Part shown: positions 51,333 through 59,350 of the stretch, in pieces
Layout of the letters: the number at the start of each line of letters is the position of its first letter
Position numbering within the stretch: position 1 is the stretch's first letter
Assembly: GCA_963804995.1 (NCBI GenBank)
Contig: CAWDSK010000006.1
Coordinates: 1,120,001-1,184,000 of the forward strand
Length of the DNA: 64,000 nucleotides
Direction of reading: 5' to 3'
From: an uncultured Acidobacteriota bacterium
GTDB lineage: Bacteria; Acidobacteriota; Terriglobia; UBA7540
Program-made: the position numbers and the translations under genes
The notes under the pieces: generated by a model
Database searches by the model: none
The model's input: only the letters and a program-made list of their open reading frames with translations
Told to the model about the DNA's origin: nothing

Positions 51333-52065
51333 ACAAGAATACTCTATGACGAACCCACGGTCAATTCCCAAGACGAATTGGCCGTGGCCACCTCCGGGTC
51401 ACACAACCTCAGGCGCCGATCGAACGGGTGAATGCAATCACGAGATGTAGGGGTAGGGCTCCCGACTTCGCCGGGACAGGTTGCCCTACCCGGCGTTCCG
51501 CAGGGTGAATGCGAAACCAGGGGGCGGGTCGCCGCGGCGACTCCCCCTACGGCGAAGGGCCTTGCGGACGTTGGGGGTAGCGCCGGGACGAGTTCAGGCA
51601 ATTAGTTGCCCCCTCGTTTACGATTTGGGCTACCGGTTGCCCATTCTTACCTATTTTACATTGAATTACACCCAATATCAATGCTACTATGATGGTGAAG
51701 CTCCCAGTGCTAGTAGCTGGGGAGAAGCAATAGGCAGCGAGCGCTTTTTGCGAGTCCCGACTTGTCGGGGCGAGCGCTTTTTGTGAGTCCCGACAAGTCG
51801 GGATAGGCAGCGAGCGCGATTTGCGGGTCCTGGTGGGCCAGGGTGGACAGCACGCTGACTCCTGACTTCTGACTCCCCAACTCTGACTGCTGCACACAGT
51901 TAACTTTAAGCTGTCGGCTGTAAGCTGTCAGCTCTAAAAAGGAGATTCCGGGGAAGTCCGTCGCGTCACCAACCTGCTTCTGAAAATCATGCGCCGAGAG
52001 CTCAAAAAGGAGCCCGTGGGAGCAGGCAAAGAGGATCATCAAAGCCATGATGCGCGATTATTTAC

Positions 52066-52094
52066 TTGACAAAAGTAATTCACTTTAGTACAAT
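52066..52094 (+). promoter_or_regulatory. Sigma-70 promoter, -35 box inside the left TIR
   Basis: TTGACA-N17-TACAAT. Confidence 0.75.
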
Positions 52095-52252
52095 TTCTCG
52101 CATGAGAGATAAGGCTCATTTCTCGTTCGACTTAGAGGTTGAGGCGGTCTCCTTAATCTGCTGTTTCAAGTCCTTTTTGATAGACGCCAAGAGTTTGCGT
52201 GTCGGAACTCTTTTGAGTAGCGCCTTTCTACCTTTCTCCATGCGAGGCTCCT

Positions 52253-53149
52253 ATGACGCTAGTTGATGTAAATACTCTCTTTCCGACGGAAGATAAATGC
52301 CGAGAGTTGCTGGTCCGACTTCGCTGGCCTAATGGCCCCGAGTGTCCACGTTGCAAGGCGAAGGTCGTAGAACTGGAAACTGAAAAGCAACTCTTCTACT
52401 GTAAAGACTGTGATTATCAATTCTCCGTAACCGCTGGCACGATCTTCAATGATTCTCACCTTCCGCTGGTCAAGTGGTTTATTGTAACTCTCCTGCTCTG
52501 CGAGGCAAAGAAAGGTATATCCGCCTGTCAGATTCAACGGACCCTCGGAATCAGTTACAAGACCGCATGGTATCTCTGTCATCGCATTCGCGCCGCGATG
52601 AAGGAAGTTGAGCAGCAGATGCTTGATGGAACCATTGAGATGGATGAAACCTTTATTGGCGGAAAGAAAAAGAACGTCTCGATGGCAGAAGCGAGAGAGT
52701 CCAAAGAGATCGTCATAGGGCTCCGCAAGCGCGCCGGGGAACTTCGATTCTTTCATTCCAAGGATGTGAAATCTGGGACGCTCGCGCAGTTCATCAAAGA
52801 CAACATCTCTGAGGATTTCGATGTGTTGATGACGGACGATTTCGCGGCCTATCCTGCTGCGGTCAAAAAGGCTAAGATCGACCCCAGTCAGCATCACACC
52901 ATCAACCACAGCAAGAAGGTGTATGCTGTCGGCGACACTCACACCAATACCATCGAGAATGCATTCTCTCTTTTGAAGCGCGGTATCCGAGGCGCTTGGC
53001 ATCATCTCAGTGCAAAACATCTGCTTTCTTACCTCGATGAAATGGCCTTCCGATTCAACAGGCGTAACTCCGAGGTGCTCTTTCTCGATACGCTGCGCCA
53101 CATGATTACTGCTCCGGTTCTGACTTTCAAGAAGTTGACGGTGGCGTAG
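52253..53149 (+). CDS. IS1595 family transposase
   Basis: RWPNGPECPRC and CKDC zinc ribbon, SYKTAW, EMDETFIGG, MTDD, HTNTIENAFS, YLDEMAFRFN. Confidence 0.95.
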   Translation: MTLVDVNTLFPTEDKCRELLVRLRWPNGPECPRCKAKVVELETEKQLFYCKDCDYQFSVTAGTIFNDSHLPLVKWFIVTLLLCEAKKGISACQIQRTLGISYKTAWYLCHRIRAAMKEVEQQMLDGTIEMDETFIGGKKKNVSMAEARESKEIVIGLRKRAGELRFFHSKDVKSGTLAQFIKDNISEDFDVLMTDDFAAYPAAVKKAKIDPSQHHTINHSKKVYAVGDTHTNTIENAFSLLKRGIRGAWHHLSAKHLLSYLDEMAFRFNRRNSEVLFLDTLRHMITAPVLTFKKLTVA

Positions 53150-54260
53150 GTTCGACAAGATTGACCCAACCCGGCTTGGCCAGACTTTGAATTTTAGAGA
53201 CCTTGCCGATCACCTGATTTTCAGCGCCACAATCTACACATTTTAGTGTGGCTGGCTCCGTATCCTTGCCGGGATTGGCCAGCATGTATTCATAGAGGCC
53301 GTTGCAGTTTCGGCATCTAAGCATAAGCGGCTTCCCTAAGACGTATTGCCTTGCGTCCTCCAATCGATCCCTAAACTCCTTGACCCGCTCGGGATCGTGC
53401 TCGTACTTTCCGCTTCCGTCAGCGAAAATTGTTGTTATTCCAGGCGGACGACGCGGATACGGGTCATTAGTGCTGATGATCTCCTCCCATGTTAGCTTTT
53501 CCATCGTCCTGTCGATATGCTGCTTGTGCAGATTTTCCGCAGCCCTTGAAAAGTTATCCAACAACTCCTTTAGCTGGCTTGAATTAATGCTCGTGTCGGC
53601 ACACGCCAAGAATACTTTGCTCACCCACTCTTCATACTCGGCAAGCCGGTCTCTCATCAATTGAATATACTTTTGCGGTTCAGTCCAGATGCCATTTCCA
53701 CGGATGATGGCAATGTTGAATGGACTGCGGACATAATTGGACGTTGCCTCAGCCAAAGTCAAAAGATAGATTCCAGCGAGTATCCCCTGCTGGATTGTCA
53801 TCCCAGGCGTCCAAAATCTGTTCATCGTTTCTTTGTACAGAGATTCTCCATGCCCAGTCAGTTCGTGGTCATCGAAGGGACAAAGCGTAGAATTCTGAGT
53901 GATCCAAGCGTTGTACTCGTTGCTTCTGGGGCAACATAAACCCACGATGAACTGCGACCTGTCTGCGCCTGGGTTGGCGTCGATATGCGCCTGTAGCTCT
54001 TCCTCAAAAATCCTCACGAAAGCCGCAAGCGAATCGGCAGATTCTCCGCTTAGTCTCCTCCGCAACTTTTCTATAAACGAGACAATGAATGGCGTATCAC
54101 CAGAGCCAGCTAAAATCACCTTGTAGTTGCCCATTTGCTCTGGATCAACCTTAAGGACTGTCCTTCGATATTCAATGCCGTCATCGCCGGTTACTGTCTC
54201 CTGCGAGTCGGCATGGATCACAATGCTATCGGAAAGACGCCATGCGGCTATGAGGGTCAC
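53127..54260 (-). CDS. Passenger protein: proteasome-beta/Ntn-hydrolase-like domain plus C-terminal Zn ribbon
   Basis: GTG start gives M-T1-LIAA...A-D17-SQET...K...AGSG...TGHG...MTIQQG; CRNC...CVDC; the ORF-track start 54377 lies outside the TIR. Confidence 0.65.
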   Translation of the reverse strand: MTLIAAWRLSDSIVIHADSQETVTGDDGIEYRRTVLKVDPEQMGNYKVILAGSGDTPFIVSFIEKLRRRLSGESADSLAAFVRIFEEELQAHIDANPGADRSQFIVGLCCPRSNEYNAWITQNSTLCPFDDHELTGHGESLYKETMNRFWTPGMTIQQGILAGIYLLTLAEATSNYVRSPFNIAIIRGNGIWTEPQKYIQLMRDRLAEYEEWVSKVFLACADTSINSSQLKELLDNFSRAAENLHKQHIDRTMEKLTWEEIISTNDPYPRRPPGITTIFADGSGKYEHDPERVKEFRDRLEDARQYVLGKPLMLRCRNCNGLYEYMLANPGKDTEPATLKCVDCGAENQVIGKVSKIQSLAKPGWVNLVEPTPPSTS

Positions 54261-54314
54261 AGTTCGCCTTCTAGGCCGTCTCCATGGATTCTTTGGAAGC
54301 GGTCTCGGACCCGA

Positions 54315-54343
54315 AGTATATAGACTTCCTGAGCTTTTGTGAA
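54315..54343 (-). promoter_or_regulatory. Sigma-70 promoter, -35 box inside the right TIR, facing the passenger gene
   Basis: Minus strand TTCACA-N17-TATACT. Confidence 0.6.
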
Positions 54344-54356
54344 GTAAATAATCGCG

Positions 54357-54612
54357 CCATGATGTATTAGAAAACACAGGTACTTAGCGTTAAAATGGCA
54401 GAAATGTCCTAACTGCTATGTTATTGAAATTTAATAAGATAGCTCGTGTCGACAGCGTGGGCGCAGTGAAAAAGGGGGAATTAAAAATGAAGGATGAACC
54501 CATCATGTTGTTGAAAACACATGTAGAAAAAATGTCACTTTTGCGCAAAGCCATTATGTTTATGAAAAATAAGCTAGTTATAATTGTAAAGCCATTATGT
54601 TGATGAAAAGAA
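54357..54612. repeat. AT-rich array of CCATNATGT(T/A)NN(T/A)GAAA motifs
   Basis: Five copies at ~54357, 54413, 54500, 54551, 54592; a related block at 55205-55266. Confidence 0.7.
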
Positions 54613-54784
54613 ATGGGGTTAGCAGTTTTCTTTCAACATGGAGGAGGTTGATCGTGGCAAGCAGAGATGTGAGCAAAGATGCTTTAGCAGTGCTCGGCCT
54701 TGAGGTAGATCTGGCCGTGGTCAAGACGCCAAACGGCCATCCCCCCACCTCAGAGCACTCGCTGATTCTTATCCGCCGGCCGCC

Positions 54785-56121
54785 CACACTCCCCCACATC
54801 GCTTATCGGCGGAAGGCGCCAGGGAAGTGAGCAAAAATGGTCCCGCGACGCCCGTGCTTGACGCAGTGCTGATCGCGGTCGCGACGCCAAAAGACCGGTC
54901 GCGCGATCTCCGAGGTCTCCCTGAATATCCTGCGCCGGCCGCCCACACTCCCCCGCATCGCATATCGGCGGAAGGAGGCAGCGAAGTGAGCAAAAATGGT
55001 CCCGCGACACCAGTTCTTAATACAGGTCCTGCGTGCGGCTCGCCGAGCAACTCGACAACCTGCAAGAATCTCGCCGCGCTGATGGCTCCCCAGGACGAAA
55101 AATCGCTGCTCATGCAAAGAATGGAAGATTCCAACCTGCGGCAATTGTGGCGGCTTACCAACGTGCTTTTTAAGGTCCGCAACGGGGCGCTGACCGTAGA
55201 GATGTTAAAAATGAAGGTCGATCCGGGGATGTGTATGAAAACAAAGGCAAGAATGACAAAATGTCTGGCAATCTAACGGTGTTTTTGCAAGAAAATGCAG
55301 AAATTTCACGGTAATTCACACCTTCGAACGGATTTTTGACAGAAAATGCACCGATTGCGCGGTAATTCGGGGTGATGAAGGGGCGAGAGATGGACGGAAC
55401 TTCTCAACCAGCCGAGCCTGGAGCAGTCCGGAACTGCTTGCCCCCCCTGCCCGTGCCAGCAACCAAGCCCAGACCGAATGCCGCCTGCCTGTGACACACT
55501 TCGCCACATCGGTTATCGGTAGGTTTCTTACGGAACATGAGCTCGAATCGGTGGGAAGTTCGACGTTCGCCGAATCGCCCGATCACCAAATCACGCAAGG
55601 GGCCGATGGCCCGATGACCCAATCGCTCGAATGCCGGACGCCGCCGGCCCACACTCCCCTGCTTCGGTTATCGGCAGCGCCAGGTAGGAAGATGAATCAA
55701 ATGTTGACTTCGAAAATCGCCCATCGCCATTCGCAAATCACCCCCTCACCCCCACCGGGCAAAACGTGGGGCCCCCTTCCCGCCCCGGCTGGTGAGAACG
55801 CCGGCGGCGGTCCACCCTCTTCCGCCGCGGCGGATCTACGACCCCCGAGAGAGGGCTATGAACTTTCGCCCTGGACCGATGATCCGATGAATCAATGGCC
55901 CGATGGCCCGAGGCCCCATGATTCAATCACCCGATTCTCTGACGCGGCCAGCCCACACTCCCCCACATCGGTTATCGGCAGTGTCAGGTAAGAAGATGAA
56001 ACAGATGCTGGCTTCGAAAATCGCAAATCACCAATCGCCATTCGCAAATCAGCCGATCTCTTGCCCCGCTGTGTCACACTACCCCACTTCGGTTATCGGT
56101 GGGTTAGCACTGGGACATGAG
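54785..56121 (-). repeat. Six dispersed repeats TCAY-N16-RCCGATAW-SCGAWG...AGTGTG
   Basis: Plus-strand cores CACACT...TATCGG at 54785, 54944, 55495, 55650, 55954, 56075. Confidence 0.85.
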
Positions 56122-56391
56122 GCCACATATCGGCAGGGAGTTTGGCATTCGCTCAACCACCAGATCGCAAAATCACCTAATGACTCAATGGTCGATGATC
56201 AAATCGCCCGGTTTCCTGATGCGGTCGGCGCTACAAAGAAGAGCCGCGGACCTACAGAACAGGTCAGCGCTACGATGGCTGCCTTTCCCGACTTTGTCGG
56301 GACTCGCGCAGTGCGCTCGCTGCCTACTGCTTTCTGCCTTCTGCCTACCACTCCGCCTGCCGCGCACTCCATTTCATGTATAATTCCACCA

Positions 56392-57822
56392 ATGGCAGTG
56401 CATCAAAGCACTCTTACACTCGATTCCGCCTACAGCCGGGAGAAGCAGGCCGTGGCCTTGACCTCCGTGGCGGCGGCCGTCTTGCTCACCGGCATGAAAT
56501 TGGTCGTAGGGATCCTCACTGGAAGCCTGGGAATTCTCTCCGAGGCGATGCACTCCGGCCTGGACCTGGTAGCGGCGGTGATCACTTACCTATCCGTGCG
56601 CGTATCTGACAAGCCCGCCGACCCCCAGCATCCTTTTGGGCACGGCAAAATCGAACACCTTTCCGCCTTCATGGAAACCGGTTTGCTTGTCATCACCTGC
56701 GCGTGGATCATCTGGGAAGCGATGCGGCGGCTCTTCTTCCGCGATGTGCACGTGGAGCCTTCGCTGTGGGCCTTCGGCGTGATGTTCATTTCCATTACGA
56801 TTGACATCTTCCGGTCGCGCGCCCTGTTCCGCGTAGCACGAAAATACAACAGCCAGGCGCTCGAGGCCGACGCGCTGCACTTCTCCACCAACGTCTACAG
56901 CTCAACGGTGGTCATCCTGGGATTGATTCTGGTTTACGTGGCGGATCAGCAGAGCATTCACTGGCTGCGCAAAGCTGACCCGGTGGCGGCGCTGGTGGTG
57001 GCGGGGATCGTAACCTACATCACCCTGCGCCTGGGCAAGAAAACCGTGGATGCGCTGGTCGACGCTGCGCCTACCGGCTCGACTTCACGGATTGCCGAAG
57101 CGGTCAAGCGCGTCGCCGGCGTGCTCAGTCTCGACCGTATCCGCACGCGGGAGAGTGGCAGCCGGCTGTTCGTGGATTTGCGCTTGACCCTGGCCAGCAA
57201 CATCTCACTTGAGCACGCCAAGTCCGTCGCCGACGTGGTGGAATCAGAGGTGCACCGCCTGTTTCCCACCGCCGATGTGGTGATTCATACCACTCCGCAG
57301 GAGCCCTCGGCGCAGGACATCGTGGCGAAAATCCGGGCCGCGGCGCACCGGCGCAACTTCCTGGTCCACGAGGTGACGGCTTACGAGGTGAACGGCCGCG
57401 TCAACGTCTACCTGGACCTGGAAGTTGAGCCCACGCTGCGCCTGGCAGAAGCCCATGACCGCGCGACGCAGCTCGAAAGCGAAATCAAGGAGAATCTGCC
57501 GGAAGTGAATGAAGTGAATGTGCACCTGGAGCCGCTGCTGGTGAAGGTCGAAACTGGGAACGCCGTGCCGCTGGATAACCAGGCGGTGGAACGGAAGCTT
57601 GAGGAGTTGGCGCGGGAGACTCCGGGCGTGCTGAATTGCCACTCCGTTGAAGCGCATCAGGTGGGCGGCAACGTCGTGGTGCGGATGCATTGCACCCTGG
57701 GTCCCGACCTCCCCATTGCCAAAGTGCACGACATCACGGAAATGCTGGAATTTAAATTCCGCCAGGCGTTCCCACAAATCTCCAAAATCAGCATCCACGC
57801 TGAGCCTCAGGATCGGGCGTGA
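56392..57822 (+). CDS. Cation diffusion facilitator (FieF-like) with three C-terminal dimerisation-type domains
   Basis: SEAMHSGLD, HPFGHGKIE, ALEADALH; VIHTTP / NVHLEP / SIHAEP repeats; TATAAT 7 nt before the ATG suggests a leaderless mRNA. Confidence 0.9.
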   Translation: MAVHQSTLTLDSAYSREKQAVALTSVAAAVLLTGMKLVVGILTGSLGILSEAMHSGLDLVAAVITYLSVRVSDKPADPQHPFGHGKIEHLSAFMETGLLVITCAWIIWEAMRRLFFRDVHVEPSLWAFGVMFISITIDIFRSRALFRVARKYNSQALEADALHFSTNVYSSTVVILGLILVYVADQQSIHWLRKADPVAALVVAGIVTYITLRLGKKTVDALVDAAPTGSTSRIAEAVKRVAGVLSLDRIRTRESGSRLFVDLRLTLASNISLEHAKSVADVVESEVHRLFPTADVVIHTTPQEPSAQDIVAKIRAAAHRRNFLVHEVTAYEVNGRVNVYLDLEVEPTLRLAEAHDRATQLESEIKENLPEVNEVNVHLEPLLVKVETGNAVPLDNQAVERKLEELARETPGVLNCHSVEAHQVGGNVVVRMHCTLGPDLPIAKVHDITEMLEFKFRQAFPQISKISIHAEPQDRA

Positions 57823-58134
57823 GGACCCGGCCAGGGGGCCGGTTGAATTGTGGATACGGTGCAAATCGTCGATACTCCCAGGACTAGGCGCGAGTGGCGG
57901 GGGGGGTTCGGAGCGGACATAAAGTCCGCATGATTTGCTTCTGCGGGGGCTGGGCCTATACCGGGACAAGCTGACTTAAAGTCGGTGGGCAACGCCGCCT
58001 GGAGGGTGCGGGCTCGGTCGGGGGAAGGTGGGACAAAAACCCTAAAATTGCTCTCCGCGGGGCATAGAAGCCCAGGTCCCACATAAAAACAGGCCTTCGC
58101 TCACGCGTAGGCAAAAAATGTCAGGAGGAGAATC

Positions 58135-58545
58135 ATGCTTCGGATCGCGCCCGCTGCTCTGGTGACAGGGATGATTATGCTCGGGCTGTGCCGCGCCAGC
58201 CTTCCCTGGCAAGAGCCCATGCCCCAGCCACTGACCCTGCCGCTTGCCTGTGTGGGCGGAGATTGTCCCCTGCTGCGAGGCGCGCCGCAGACGGCCGGAA
58301 TGCGCTCGGGTTTCGTTCGCCTGAAGCCCGGCGAAACTGTGGGCTGGCATACGACCGGCAAGAATGAAGAGTCACTGATCGTGCTGCGCGGCCGCGGCGA
58401 AGCGCGCGTCGAAGGTCAACCGCCTCGCGCCTTCGTAGCCCCGGCGCTCGCCTACATTCCGCCCGCGACACGGCACAACGTTGCCAATACCGGCGACGCG
58501 CTTTTGGAATATGTGTACGTGGTTGCGCCCGCCAATCCACGGTGA
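58135..58545 (+). CDS. Cupin domain protein with signal peptide
   Basis: LKPGETVGWHTTG..EE...VLRGRG; YIPPATRHNV.NTG. Confidence 0.85.
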   Translation: MLRIAPAALVTGMIMLGLCRASLPWQEPMPQPLTLPLACVGGDCPLLRGAPQTAGMRSGFVRLKPGETVGWHTTGKNEESLIVLRGRGEARVEGQPPRAFVAPALAYIPPATRHNVANTGDALLEYVYVVAPANPR

Positions 58546-58592
58546 GAAAACAAAATCAGGAAAGCGCCGGCGGGTTGCAAGCGGCGGCGAAA

Positions 58593-58629
58593 CACACCAC
58601 ACCCCGCGTTTCCACGGGGCGGTGGTGTG
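58593..58629. terminator. Hairpin between convergent cupin and skp genes
   Basis: CACACCAC-a-CCCCG...CGGGG-cg-GTGGTGTG imperfect stem. Confidence 0.45.
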
Positions 58630-58669
58630 AGACATCAAGTAGGGATTCAGGCGCGACGGGGACTATTAA

Positions 58670-59287
58670 CTAAGGCTTTGTCGCCGGCTTCGGAGTGGTC
58701 GCGGCCGGTTTGGGAGGGGCTGGCCGAGTCGCGGCCGGAGGCGCAGCCACCTCGGGCGCCGGATTCGCGGCGTCGTAACGCTTTACGATCTCCTCCGTAA
58801 TATCCAGATCCGTAGCAGCGTAATAAATCGGGATCTGGGCGCCATCGATCACCATCGAGAAGCCGCTTTGCTTGGCGTATTCTTGGATGACCTTAACCAT
58901 TTTCTGACCAATCCGGCGGATGGCCTCGTCGCGGTCAGTGCCAAAATCAGCCTGGGCATCCTCACTGGAGCGCTTCAAGAGCTTCTGCTTTTCCTCGATA
59001 TCCCGGCCCAAGCGGCGCTGTTCCTCTTCGCTCAGCGTGTTGACACCCTTGGTTAACTGGTCTTGGAGGGCCTGGATCTCCTGCTGAAGGCGCTGCAGTT
59101 CTTGCTGGCGAGGCTGATATTTTTTCGAGAGGTCATCGAAGGCTTTCTTGCCTTCGGCGCTGCGGGCAATCGCCTCCTGAATGTTAATCACCCCAATCTT
59201 ACTACTGGCCGGGCTCTGCGCAGGCACGAGGAGAGGAAATGCCAGGAACGCCAGGAGCACGGTGAGTACAATCAATCGGTTCTTCAT
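58670..59287 (-). CDS. skp: OmpH/Skp periplasmic chaperone
   Basis: Signal peptide, KIGVIN.Q, SAEGKKA, coiled coil, DIT.EIVK; directly downstream of bamA. Confidence 0.93.
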   Translation of the reverse strand: MKNRLIVLTVLLAFLAFPLLVPAQSPASSKIGVINIQEAIARSAEGKKAFDDLSKKYQPRQQELQRLQQEIQALQDQLTKGVNTLSEEEQRRLGRDIEEKQKLLKRSSEDAQADFGTDRDEAIRRIGQKMVKVIQEYAKQSGFSMVIDGAQIPIYYAATDLDITEEIVKRYDAANPAPEVAAPPAATRPAPPKPAATTPKPATKP

Positions 59288-59350
59288 TCAAACTCCTTTA
59301 CGAGGGTAAAGTCCAAAATCAAGATTCTATTCCAACTCACTCCCCAGTGT

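Larger units (their letters stand above)
52053..54356 (+). mobile_element. IS1595-family element with a passenger gene, 2304 bp
   Basis: 23-bp TIRs CGCGATTATTTACTT(G/C)ACAAAAG (1 mismatch); 8-bp TSD CCATGATG at 52045-52052 and 54357-54364. Confidence 0.93.

Noticed and set aside
46606..51427. Prophage or classical integron
   Set aside because: Only one phage-like gene, no integrase, and no RYYYAAC/GTTRRRY attC structure that I could identify
54261..54377. ORF-track start of the passenger protein at 54377
   Set aside because: It crosses the TIR and TSD into host DNA; GTG 54260 gives Thr1 and has a promoter upstream
54785..56121. CRISPR array reading of the six repeats (also considered for the 6297-6455 repeats)
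   Set aside because: Spacing is irregular (about 120-550 bp), the repeats are degenerate, flanks are partly duplicated, and no cas genes are present
55903..56391. N-terminal extension of the CDF transporter (639-aa ORF)
   Set aside because: It reads through repeats; TATAAT and the ATG at 56392 mark the likely start
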